A DNA stretch of 64,000 bases. Origin: Mobula hypostoma (taxonomy: Eukaryota). The stretch is taken from assembly GCF_963921235.1 (NCBI RefSeq), contig NC_086108.1, positions 112,904,001 through 112,968,000 on the forward strand. Direction: 5' to 3'. A program made the translations under genes and the position numbers. Below, piece by piece: positions 50,826 through 63,059 of this stretch (positions are counted from its first letter, which is position 1; each line of letters begins with the position of its first letter). Under the pieces are notes generated by a model that was not told the origin of the DNA, did no database searches, and was given only the letters and a program-made list of their open reading frames with translations.

Positions 50826-51130
50826 AGGGGTATGTAAAAAGAGCTACCTTTTAATCAGGGAGGTGGCTGTGATTTTAAAGGCAGAGTTTCGCCACAGTTT
50901 ATCTGAGTTGAGGAGCAGCCAATCAGCAAGATACAGTGTGTGAAAAGAGCTACCTTTCAGTCAGGTTCATATTCAAGATTTTAAAAGCAGAGCTTTGAGC
51001 CCGTTTTCTCTGTGTTGGAGTTGGACAATTCACATCAGGGGTGCGTAAAAAGAGCAATCAGGTGGCGATTGAAATTTTAAAGGCAGAGTTTCCTGGCAGT
51101 TTCTCTGAGTTGAGGAGTAACCAACGAGCA
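50826..51130 (+). repeat. Three diverged ~105-bp tandem monomers
   Basis: Recurrent AAAAGAGC...TCAGG...TTTTAAA(G/A)GCAGAG...TCTG(A/T)GTTG units starting near 50826, 50935 and 51037. Confidence 0.7.
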
Positions 51131-51312
51131 AAAGGGGATCATTGGAAAGGGCCAATAAAAATAATCCAAGTGCAAGTGGAGCGGCCACTAACTTGGCGGG
51201 CAATGGAAACTGGAGTGATAGCGTTGAGGATTTTTTTTTAGCGTGTCGCACCAGACAGTCAGCCATTCTTGTCTGGCGTGTGGTGTCAGGATTGGTCTCC
51301 TTTCCGATTAAG

Positions 51313-51927
51313 ACCACAAGACAAAGGAGCAGAAGTCAGCCATTCGGTCCATCGAGTCTGCTCCGCCATTTTATCATGAGCTGATCCATTCTCCCATTTA
51401 GTCCCACTCCCCCGCCTTCTCACCATAACCTTTGATGCCCTGGCTACTCAGATACCTATCAATCTCTGCCTTAAATACACCCAATGACTTGGCCTCCACT
51501 GCTGCCCGTGGCAACAAATTCCATAGATTCACCACCCTCTGACTAAAAAAATTTCTTTGCATTTCTGTTCTGAAAGGGCACCCTTCAATCTTTAAGTCAT
51601 GCCCTCTCATACTAGACTCCCCCATCATGGGAAACAACTTTGCCAAATCCACTCTGTCCATGCCTTTCAACATTCAAAATGTTTCTATAAGGTCTCCCCT
51701 CATTCTTCTAAGCTCCAAGGAATACAGTCCAAGAGTGGACAAACATTCCTCATATGTTAACCCTCTCATTCCCGGAATCATTCTAGTGAATCTCCTCTGT
51801 ACCCTCTCCAACGTCAGCACATCCTTTCTTAAATAAGGAGCCCAAAACTGCCCACAGTACTCCAAGTGAGGTCTCACCAGCGCCTTATAGAGCCTCAACA
51901 TCACATCCCTGCTCCTATACTCTATTA
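51313..51927 (-). mobile_element. 5'-truncated CR1 3' end
   Basis: IEYRSRDVMLRLYKALVRPHLEYC...NFFSQRVVNLWN; TCTTGT-type tail. Confidence 0.88.
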
Positions 51928-52106
51928 TCCGGGTCACGATATGAACGTTCTTGACTAGACTCTCTTTTTCACGAAGCCAAGTGGCTAGCTCGACACTCAA
52001 CCTGGCACGGATGGAAAGCGTGCTCAGGGTGTGGCCCGATTTCGATTTGAACTCGGGAGCCTTCGCTCCAGAGTCCAGCGCTGATGCCATTGCGCCACCA
52101 GCCAGC
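51928..52106 (-). mobile_element. tRNA-derived SINE head
   Basis: A-box TGGCGCAATGG and B-box GAGTTCAAATC; no complete cloverleaf. Confidence 0.65.
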
Positions 52107-52109
52107 AGC

Positions 52110-53680
52110 GTTGTAGGTGAGGTAGTTGGTTTACAAATGGAGGTAATATGTAGCGAGACTCATAGCAAGGAGAGGCTGATGACTGGGCAAAGTTGCAGTC
52201 AACAGGATGAGCTAAAATGTAAAAGGCAGACAAAATTGAAAAACGTGAATGCAGGACTGAAGGTGTATTTGAATGCACGCAGTATATGGAATAAGGTTGA
52301 TGAACTTGTAGCACAGTTACAGATTGGCAAGTATGACGTTGTAAGCATCACTGAATCATGGCTAAAAGAAGATTATAGCTGGGAGCTTAATAGCCAGGGA
52401 TTATATTGAAAGGACAGGGGGTGGCATTGCTCTGTTGGTAAAAAAAATTAAATCGAATCACTAGAAGAAAGTGACATATGGTTGGAAGATGTTGAATCAT
52501 TGTGGATAGAGCTAAGGAACTGCAAGGATAAAAAACACTGATGGGAGTTGTATACAGACCCCCAAACAGTAGTAAGGATGTGGACTACAAGTTACAATGG
52601 GAGACAGAAAATGCATGCCAAAGGGGCAATGTTACAATAGTCATGGGGGATTTCAATATGCAAGTAGATTTGGAAAATCGTGTTGCTGTGGGATTCCAAG
52701 AGGGGAAATTTCCAGAATGCCTACAAGATGGCTTTTAGAGCAACTCATGGTTGAGCCCTCTAGGGGATCAGCAATTTGGATTGGGTGTTGTGCATGAACC
52801 AGAATTGATTAGAGACATTAAGGTAAAAGAATCCTTGGGGTAAATGATCATAATATGGTCGAATTCACTCTGAAACTTAAGAAAGAAAAGCTAAGGTCAG
52901 GTGTATCAGTATTGCAGTGGAGTAAGGGGAATTATAGAGCCATGAGAGAGGATCAGTCTGGCCAAAACTGATTGGAAAAGACCACTGGCAGGGATGATGG
53001 CAGAGCAGCAGTGGCTGGAATTTCTGGAAGCAATTCAGAAGGCTCAGGATATATACATCCCAAAGAGGAAAAAGTATTCTAAAGGAAAGATGATACAACC
53101 GTGGCTAACAAGGGTAGTCAAAGCCACAGAAAGTGCATATACCGTTATAGAGCAAAAATTAATGGGAAGTTAGACGATTGAGAAGCTTTTAAAAACCAAG
53201 AGAAGGCAACTGAAAAAGTCATTAGGAAGGTAAAGATGAAATACGAAAAAGTAAGCTAGCTAATAATATTAGAGAGGATACCAAAAGTTTCTTCAGATAC
53301 ATAAAGTGTAAAAGAGAGGCAAGAGTGGATACCGGACTGCTGGAAAACGATGGCGGACAAACTGAATGACAATTTTGCATCAGTCTTCACTGTGGAAGAC
53401 ACCAGCAGTATGGTGGAAGTTCCAGGTGTCAAGGGCCATGAGGTGTGTGAAGTTACCATTTCTAGAGAGAAGGTTCTTGGGAAACTGAAAGGTCTGAAGG
53501 TAGATAAATCACTTGGACCAGATGGTGTACACCCTAAAGTTCTGAAAGAGGTGGCGAAGAGATTGTGGAGGATTTAGTAATGATCTTTCAAGAATCACTG
53601 GATTCTGGAATGGTTCTGGAAGACTGGAAAATTGCACACGTCACTCCAGTCTTCAAGAAGGAAGAGAGGCAGAAGAAAGG
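52110..53680 (+). mobile_element. Degenerate CR1 ORF2 5' half
   Basis: VYLNARSIWNK, ITESWL, YRPPN, MGDFN and DKSLGPDGVHP motifs. Confidence 0.8.
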
Positions 53681-55182
53681 ATCCGGTCCAGATAGGGTGC
53701 CTGGCTGAGCACTAAAGACCTGTGCTGATCAACTGGCTGGAGTGTTCACTGAGATCCCTAACCTCTCACTTCGGCAGTCTCAGGAACCCACCTCCTTCAA
53801 CCAGGCTTCAACGATACCAGTGCCTCAGAAGAATATAGTGACCTGCCTCAATTACCATCATCCAGTGGCACTTACATCTGCAGCAGTGAAATGTCTTGAG
53901 AGGCTGCTGAGGAAACATATCAAGTCCCGCCTAAGAAATGGTTTAGATCCACTCCAAATTGCCTCCTAGCACAACAGCTCCACAGCAGAAGCCTGGAACT
54001 TCTGGACAGCAAAGATGCAAACATCGGGATGCTCTTTCTCAACAACAGCTCGGCATTCAATACTATCATCCCCTCAAAGCTCACCAATAAGCTTCAAGAC
54101 CTTGGCCTCAATACCTCCCTTTGCAATTGGATCCTCGATTTCCTCAGTCAGTTCAGATTGGCAACAACATCACCTTCACGATCTCCATCAGCAGAGGAGC
54201 ACCACAGGGCTATGTGCTCAGCCCCCTGTTCTACTCAATTTACACCTATGACTGTGTGGCTAAGCACAGCTCCAGTGCCATTCCTAAGCTTGCTGACAAC
54301 ACCACTGTCACAGGCCGAATCAAAGGTGGTGAGGAATCAGCATACAGGAGGGAGATTGAAGATCTGGCTGACTGGTGCCACAGCAACAACCTCTCACTCA
54401 ATGTCAGCAAGACCAAGCAGCTCATTATTGAGTTCAGAGAAAGGAAACTGGAGGTCCATGAGCCAGTTCTCATTGGAGGATCAGAGGTGGAGGGGGTCAG
54501 CAACTTTAAATTCTGCAGTATAATCGTTTCAGAGGACCTGTCCTGGGCCCAGCACACAAGTGCAATCGTAAAGAAAACACGACAACACCTTTACTTCCTT
54601 AGGAGTTTGTGAGTATTTGGCGTGCCATCTAAAACTCTGACAGACTTTTGTACATGTGTGGTGGAGACTATACTGACTGGCTGCATCACAGCCGGGTATG
54701 GAAACACCAATGCTCTGTATTGTAGCAATATCATACAAAAAGTAGTAGATATGGCCCAGTCCATCTCTAGTAAAGCTCTCCCTACTAACATCTATCATCA
54801 GAGACCCCCACCACCCAGGTCATGCTCTCTTCTCACTGCTGCCATCAGGAAGAAGGTACAGAAGTCTCATGACTCACACCACCAGGTTCAGGAACAGTTA
54901 TTACCCTTCAACCATCAGGTTCCTGGACCAGAGGGGATAACTTCACTGGTCCCATCATTGAAATGTTCCACACCCTGTGGACTCACTTTGAAGGACTCTT
55001 CATCTCATGTTCTCGAAAATTATTGCTTATTTATTTATTTATTATTATTTCTTCTTTTTGTATTTGCACAGTTTGTTGTTTTTAGCATACAGGCTGTATG
55101 CCCAGTTGGTGTGGTCTTTCATTAATTCTGTTCTGGTTAATAGACTTACAGAGTATGCCTGCAAGAAAACGAATCTCAGGGT
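53681..55182 (+). mobile_element. Rex1/Babar-like LINE RT fragment
   Basis: [35 protein letters not shown] and LNVSKTK motifs. Confidence 0.8.
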
Positions 55183-56191
55183 CAATGGGACGAGGCAGAA
55201 TAACCCTCTGGCATAGACGAAGTGGGCTGAAGAGCCTGTTTCTGTGATGTAGTGTTGTACGATTCTGGGACTCTATGATGCCTGGATTGCAGGACTTTAG
55301 TTATGAGGAGAGATTGGAGATGCTGGGTCTTCTGCCTCAACCAAAGGAAACTGATAGGTGACTAGGTAAAACCATGGGACATAGAAGAAAGATTAGGCCA
55401 TTTGGCCCATTAAGCCTGCTCTACCATACCACCATGGCTGATATATTTACTCTCTCAACCCCATTCCCCTGCCTTCTCCCCATAACCTTTGTCGCTCTGA
55501 CTAAACAAGAACCTGTCAATCTCTGCCATAACTATACCCAATGACCTAATGTCCACAGCCGGCTGTGGCAATGAATTCCACACGTGTGTAAGAATACCAG
55601 GGGTATACGTAGTTATTTAGCCAGGGGAAGGGTATCAGAAACAAAAGTACAGAAGTTTACGTTCAGAGGAAGGACTTTTAAGTGGTGTGACGGTATTACA
55701 GCCTGCGGCGTTGGAGTTCGGAGTTTCATCCTGGCATCCTCCGTCACAAGTTGGTATGTCCTCCCTGGGGAATGTGTGGGCTTTCTCCAGGTGCCCCAGT
55801 TTCCTCCCACAGTCCAGAGACGTACTGGTTAGTAAGTTAATTGGTTATTATAAATTGTCCCGCGATTAGGTTAGGGTTAAATTGGGGATTGCTGGGTAGT
55901 GCGGCTCAAAGGGCTGGTGAGCCTGATCCATGCTGTTTCACTAAATAAAATTAAGAGGCAATCACTTCACACAAAGAGATAAGTTAGTAATGACATTTGA
56001 GAAGAGATATTGTGCAACACATTGATCTCAGAGTATGGGCCAAAAACAACAGCTTCGTGCTTGTCAGTGTTGGTTGGTTTATGCAGTTGTGTAAATGGCA
56101 ACTCTGCAACTTGCAAAGTATCCAGTGAACTGTGGCAAGCAATTCACCTCTCAGACTTACTGGTATCTTTGCCCTTTAGGTGACCAGAGCT

Positions 56192-59100
56192 AGAACATAG
56201 AATAGTACGGCACATTACAGGCCCTTCGGCCCACAATGTTGTGCCGACCCTCAAACCCTGCCTCCCATATAAGCCCCCACCTTAAATTCCTCCATATACC
56301 TGTCTAGTAGTCTCTTAAACTTCACTAGTGTATCTGCCTCCACCACTGACTCAGGCAGTGCATTCCACGCACCAACCACTCTCTGAGTAAAAAACCTTCC
56401 TCTAATATCCCCCTTGAACTTCCCACCCCTTACCTTAAAGCCATGTCCTCTTGTATTGAGCAGTGGTGCCCTGGGGAACAGGTGCTGGTTGTCCACTCTA
56501 TCTATTCCTCTTAATATCTTGTACACCTCTATCATGTCTCCACTCATCCTCCTTCTCTCCAAAGAGTAAAGCCCTAGCTCACTTAATCTCTGATCATAAT
56601 GCATACTCTCTAAACCAGGCAGCATCCTGGTAAATCTCCTCTGTACCCTTTCCAATGCTTCCACATCCTTCCTATAGTGAGGCAACCAGAACTGGACACA
56701 GTACTCCAAGTGTGGCCTAACCAGAGTTTTACAGAGCTGCATCATTACATCGCGACTCTTAAACACTATCCCTCGACTTATGAAAGCTAACACCCCATTA
56801 AGCTTTCTTAACTACCCTATCCACCTGTGAGGCAACTTTCAGGGATCTGTGGACATGTACCCCCAGATCCCTCTGCTTCTTCACACTACCAAGTATCCTG
56901 CATTTACTTTGTACTCTGCCTTGGAGTTTGTCCTTCCAAAGTGTACCACCTCACACTTCTCCGGGTTGAACTCCATCTGCCACTTCTCAGCCCACTTCTG
57001 CATTTTATCAATGTCTCTCTGCAATCTTCGACAATCCTCTACACTATCCACAACACCATCAACCTTTGTGTTGTCTGCAAACTTGCCAACCCACCCTTCT
57101 ACCCCTGCATCCAGGTCGTTAATAAAAATCACAAAAAGTAGAGGTCCCAGAACTGATCCTTGTGGGACACCACTAGTCACAACCCTCCAATCTGAATGTA
57201 CTCCCTCCACCACGACCCTCTGCCTTCTGTAGGCAAGCCAATTCTGAATCCACCTGGCCAAACTTCCCTGGACCCCATGCTTTCTGACTTTCTGAATAAG
57301 CCTACCATATGGAACCTTGTCAAATGTCTTACTAAAATCCATATAGATCACATCCACTGCACTACCCTCATCTATATGCCTGGTCACCTCCTCAAAGAAC
57401 TTTATCAGGCTTGTTAGACACGATCTGCCCTTCACAAAGCCATGCTGACTGTCCCTGATCAGACCATGATTCTTTAAATGCCCATAGATCCTATCTCTAA
57501 GAATCTTTTCCAACAGCTTTCCCACCACAGACGTAAGGCTGACTGGTATATAATTATTTGGACTATCCTCACTACCTTTTTTGAACAAGGGGACAACATT
57601 TGCCTCCCTCCAATCCTCCGGTACCATTCCCGTGGACAACGAGGACATAAAGATCCTAGCCAGAGGCTCAGCAATCTCTTCCCTCGCTTCGTGTGGAAGC
57701 CTGGGGAATATTCCGTCAGATCCCGGGGAATTATCCATCCTAATGTATTTTAACAACTCCAACTCCTCCTCTCCCTGAATATCAACATGCTCCGGAACAT
57801 GAACTTCACTCATATTGTCCTCACCATCATCAAGTTCCCTCTCATTGGTGAATACCGAAGAGAAGTATTCAATGAGGACCTTGCTCACTTCCACAGCCTC
57901 CAGGCACATCTTCCCACCTTTATCTCTAATCGGTCCTACCTTCACTCCTGTCATCCTTTTGTTCTTCACATAATTGAAGAATGCCTTGGGGTTTTCCTTT
58001 ACCCTACTCACCAAGGCCTTCTCATGCCCCTTTCTTGCTCTCCTCAGACCCTTCTTAAGCTCCTTTCTTGCTACCCTATATTCCTCAATAGACCCATCTG
58101 ATCCCTGCTTCCTAAACCTCATGTACGCTGCCTTCTTCCACCTGACTAGATTTTCCACCTGACTAGATTTTCCACCTCACTTGTCACCCATGGTTCCTTC
58201 ACCCTACCATTCTTTATCTTCCTCACCGGGACAAATTTATCCCTAACATCCTGCAAGAGATCCCTAAACATCGACCACATCTCCATGGTACATTTCCCTG
58301 CAAAAACATCATCCCAATTCAAACCCGCAAGTTCTAGCCTTATAACCTCATAATTTGCCCTTCCCCAATTAAAAATTTTCCTGTCCTCTCTGATTCTATC
58401 CTTTTCCATGATAATGTTAAAGGCCAGGGAGCAGTGGTCACTGTCCCCCAGATGCTCACCCACTGACAGATCTGTGACCTGACCCGGTTCGTTACCTAAT
58501 ACTAGATCTAGTATGGCATTCCCCCAGTCGGCCCGTCCACATACTGTGACAGGAATCCGTCCTGGACACACTTAACAAACTCTGCCCCGTCGAAACCCTT
58601 GGAACTAATCAGGTGCCAATCAATATTAGGGAAGTTAAAGTTACCCATGATAACAACCCTGTTATTTTTGCACCTTTCCAAAATCTGTCTCCCAATCTGC
58701 TCCTCGGTATCTCTGCTGCTACCAGGGGGCCTATAGAATACCCCCAGTAGAGTAACTGCTCCCTTCCTGTTCCTGACTTCCACCCATATTGACTCAAAAG
58801 AGGATCCTGCTACATTACCCACCCTTACTGTAGCTGTAATAGTATCCCTGACCAGTAATGCCACCCCTCCTCCCCTCAGCACCCCCCCCATACCTTTTAA
58901 AGTATTGAAATCCAGGAATATTGAGAATCCATTCCTGCCCTGGTGCCAGCCAAGTCTCTGTAATGGCCACTACATCATAATTCCATGTATGTATCCAAGC
59001 TCTCAGTTCATCACCTTTGTTCCTGATGCTTCTTGCTTAGAAGTACACGCACTTTAGCCCTTCTATCTTACTATCTTTACACCGTTTATTCTGCTTCTCT

Positions 59101-60257
59101 TTCCTCAAAGCCTCTCTACATGTTAGATCTGGCTTTACTCCATGCACTATACTTGCAGTTCTCGCATGACCTTTATCCTCCTCCACCTCACTATCTGCTC
59201 TAACACTCTGGTTCCCCTCCCCCTGAAAATCTAGTTTAAACCCCCCAGAGCAGCACCAGCAAACCTTCCCGCAAGGATGTTGGTCCCCCTCCAGTTCAGG
59301 TGCAAACCGTCCCGTCGGAACAGGTCCCACCTTCCCTGGAACAAGGCCCAATTGTCCAGAAACACGAAGCCCTCCCTCCTGCACCATCTCCTTAGCCACG
59401 TATTTAGCTGCATTATCTTCCTATTTCTAGCCTCACTAGCACGTGGCACGGGTAGCAATCCTGAGATTGCAACCCTGGAGGTCCTGTCCTGCAACTTTGC
59501 ACCTAACTCCCTAAACTCTCTTTGCAGGACCTCCTCCTCCTTCCTATCCACGTCATTGGTCCCTACATGGACCACAACATCTGGCTGCTCACCCTGCTTC
59601 CTGGCAATACCGAGAACTCGATCTGAGATATTGCGGACCTTGGCACCAGGGAGGCAACAGACCATCCGGGATTCTCGACCTCTCCCACAGAACCTCTTAT
59701 CTGTCCCTCTAACTATCCAATCCCCTGTCACTACTGCTCTCCTCTTTTCCCTCCTTTCCTTCTGAGCTGAGGGTCCAGTCTCGGTGCCAGAGATGCGACC
59801 ACTGCAACTTGTCCCTGGTAGGTCATCCCCACCAACAGTATCCAAAACAGTATACTTATTATTGATGGGAACAGCCACAGGGGTGCTCTGCTCATTCTGT
59901 CTATTCCCCTTCCCTCTCCTGACAGTCACCCAGCTACCGGCCTCCTGACTTTTAGGGGTGACTGTCTCCCTGAAACTCCCGTCTACTTCTGCCTCTTCCT
60001 CACGTATGATCCGACGTTCATCCAGCTCCATGTCTGGTTCCCTAACTCAGTTTGTCAGGAGCTGCAGCTGGAAGCACCTTTTACAGGTGTAGTCATCAGG
60101 GACGATTGTGCTCGCCCTGACTTCCCAGATACTGCATACGGAGAACTCGACTGCTCTAACTGCTGCCTCCATTGCCTGCTCCTAAGGTAATTAGTTTTAT
60201 TAAAGGAACTTACCCGGCCTTATCTCACTGGGAGCAGGCTCATCCTCAGCCTCTGCT
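56192..60257 (-). mobile_element. Near-full-length young CR1 LINE (ORF1 zinc-finger/SGNH esterase 59231-60172; frameshifted ORF2)
   Basis: ORF1 GDWIVRG, CLPGA, HVGTND and DGLHLN motifs, upstream ATG at 60172 and an in-frame TGA at about 60047; ORF2 in four or five frames; TTCTATGTTCTA tail. Confidence 0.93.
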
Positions 60258-61270
60258 GCACACAATACTTCAAATTCCACCTCATCAATGTCTTATACAA
60301 CTTCAACATAACATCACAACTCCATAACTCAATCCTCTGAATTAATAAGTAAAAAATAATATAGAACATCTGAGAGTGCTTGTGTTTATATACGGCCCTG
60401 TTCGCTTGCTTCGGTCCTGATTGGCTACCCCTTCAGTTCTATTGGCTCTCATTTCTTCTGCTGTTAGGGGTTCGCAGATGGCGTCTATTTTGATATATTT
60501 GTTGACAAATTATCAGAAGAGAACTACGCTTTCAAAAATTTTCAACCTGCCAACAGAAGGGGCAGCTAATCAGGACCGAGGCAATTGAATGGGGACTCTA
60601 CAACTCATGTTCTCAGTATTATCTATATATTTTGTATCAGCACAGCTTTGAATTTTGAACTTATTGAACTTTGATTTATGAAGGCCAATGTGCCAAAGGC
60701 TCCACACAATTTCTGCATCTTGGAATAGAGGATTATTTAGGTTTACTCTAAATAAATTGATGCACTCCCTCCTCAAACCTCTTGCCTTGAATCAATCTGG
60801 GACTGACTTACCATTTTACCTTGAGTAGTTTCACACTTGATTCTCCTGATAGATCTTAACTACCTATTTCATTTAAGTTTTAATCTTTTCAGGACATATT
60901 GTTGTAATCCCTGTAACCTGCTCCACATTTTGGCATTTAGTGAGTTCTTTCCCCGAGCAAAGATTCGTCATGTGATAACTGCGCTTCTTTTGAAGGATTC
61001 ACAATGTCTCTCTGCTTTCCCACGTTTCTCAAATGTGGTTACTAACACGCCCAGCATGTAAACCAGCCTCGGGAACATTGCGACACAGGGCAATCTTTGC
61101 TAATTGAACTCTGCCGCTTGGACTGAGTGCGCAGTTACACGGGGGTCTCTAGGGGAACGTGGAGACACGAGGGAGGGGGAAGCACATGGTGATACAGGAG
61201 ATGAAGTGGATTAGGATAGGTCAGTGTACAGCAGAAATGCAGACCATGTCAAAAACTAGACAGCAGAGAA

Positions 61271-61910
61271 TTAGGATACGAATTGACAATAAACTGGACT
61301 GGTCAAAGAACACTGAGGCTGTCTACAAGAAGGGTCAGAGCCGTCTCTATTTCCTGAGGAGACTGAGGTCCTTTAACATCTGTCGGACGATGCTGAGGAT
61401 GTTCTACGAGTCTGTGGTGGCCAGTGCGATCATGTTCGCTGTTGTGTGCTGGGACAGCAGGCTGAGGGTAGCAGAGACCAACAGAATCAACAAACTCATT
61501 CGTAAGGCCAGTGATGTTGTGGGGATGGAACTGGACTCTCTGACGGTGGTGTCTGAAAAGAGGATGCTGTCTAAGTTGCATGCCATCTTGGACAACGTCT
61601 CCCATCCACTACATAATGTACTGGGTGGGCACAGGAGTACATTCAGCCAGAGACTCATTCCACCGAGATGCAGCACAGAGCGTCATAGGAACTCATTCCT
61701 ACCTGTGGCCATCAAACTTTACAACTCCTCCCTTGGAGGGTCAGACACCCTGAGCCAATTGGCTGGTCCTGGACTTATTTCATAATTTACTGGCATAAGT
61801 TACATATTGCTATTTAACTATTTATGGTTCTATTACTATTTATTATTTATGGTGCAACCGTAACAAAAACCAATTTCCCCCGGGATCAATAAAGTATGAC
61901 TATGACTATA
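61271..61910 (+). mobile_element. Young Rex1/Babar LINE 3' end
   Basis: IDNKLDWSKNT...RLYFLRRLRSF...SFLPVAIKLYN in an open frame; AATAAA followed by a (TATGAC)n tail. Confidence 0.85.
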
Positions 61911-62499
61911 AGCTTAGAGGAAGTCTGAAGAGGAATTTTTTTCTGCCAGAGGGAGGTTGGAATGCGGAACTCACTGCCTGAGTCAAAGGCTCAGTGTCTG
62001 TGAGTACAGGAGGTTGGAGGCCAAAGATGGCCTGTCCTGGGGCTAGAGGACTGTGTATGTGTGTGGGTGAGTGGGTGGGCGGGTGGGCCAGAGGGAGGAA
62101 CAGGGCTTGTTTTGTTGTTGTTGCTGCTTGTGTGGTTATTCTGAACATAGTGGGCGTGCTATGTTGGCGACACTTGCGGGCCATCGCCAGCACATCCTTG
62201 GGGGGTGTTGGTTATGAACGCAGACAATGCTTTTCACTGTCTGTTTTTATGTACATGAGATAAATAAATCTGAATAGAGAGGGGGGTGGGGCAGACACTC
62301 TCACCACATTGAACAAGTATCTGGACGAGCACGTGAGCCACCAAGCCGGAGAAGGGTGCAGATCAAGTGCTGAGGATTGGGTTTGGTGTACCTCGGTACT
62401 GGAGAGTCAGTATGGATGTGGTGGGCCGAAGGGCCTGACTCTGTGCTATCTGACCCTATGGTAGTTACCTGGGGCACAGACCAATAATTATGGTACATA

Positions 62500-63059
62500 C
62501 ACTCAGTGGCCACTTTATTAGGTATACCCGTATGTTATGCAAATAAACAAACAATCAGCCAATCACGTGGCAACAACTCAGTGCATAAAAGCATGCAGAC
62601 ATGGTCAAGAGGTTCAGTTGTTGTCCAGACTAAAAGTCAGATTAGGGAAGAAATGTGATCTAAGTAACTTTGACCATGGAACGATTGTTGGTACCAGACA
62701 GGGTGGTTTGAGTATCTCAGAAACTACTGATTTCCTGGGATTTTCATGCACAACTGTCTCTTAAGTTTACAGAGAATGGCGTGAAAAACAAAAAAAATTA
62801 TCCAGTGAGTGACAGTTCTGTGGGTGAAAGTGCCTTGTTAATGAGAGTGGTCAGAGGAGAATGGCCAGACTGGATTAAGCTGATAGGAAGGCAGTATCTC
62901 AAATAACCACGTGGTTACGACAGCGCTGTGCAGAAGAACATCTCTGAACACAGAACACGCTGAACCTTGAAGTGGACGAACTACAGCAGCAGATGTCCTT
63001 GGGCATACACACAGTGGCCTCTATATTAGGTACAGGAGGTGCTGCGTGGCCACTGAGCA
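62500..63059 (+). mobile_element. Tc1-like non-autonomous element copy 3 (uninterrupted)
   Basis: TA-CACTCAGTGGCCACTTTATTAGGTA left TIR; HTH remnant; subterminal direct repeat at 63006-63034; right TIR remnant GTGGCCACTGAG. Confidence 0.8.

Noticed and set aside
50826..51130. CRISPR-like repeat-spacer array
   Set aside because: Diverged full-length tandem monomers with no unique spacers and no cas genes, in a vertebrate context.
52030..52106. tRNA gene
   Set aside because: A and B boxes are present but the acceptor and anticodon stems do not close; treated as a SINE head.
56150..56192. Strong minus-strand GTAAGT donor as a candidate collagen exon
   Set aside because: Upstream sequence has no Gly-X-Y frame and contains a stop. 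No further collagen exons were found in 49000-64000, though a very short one could have been missed.
61148..61170. GERGDT-like micro-exon
   Set aside because: On the plus strand, opposite to the collagen, with no GT donor.
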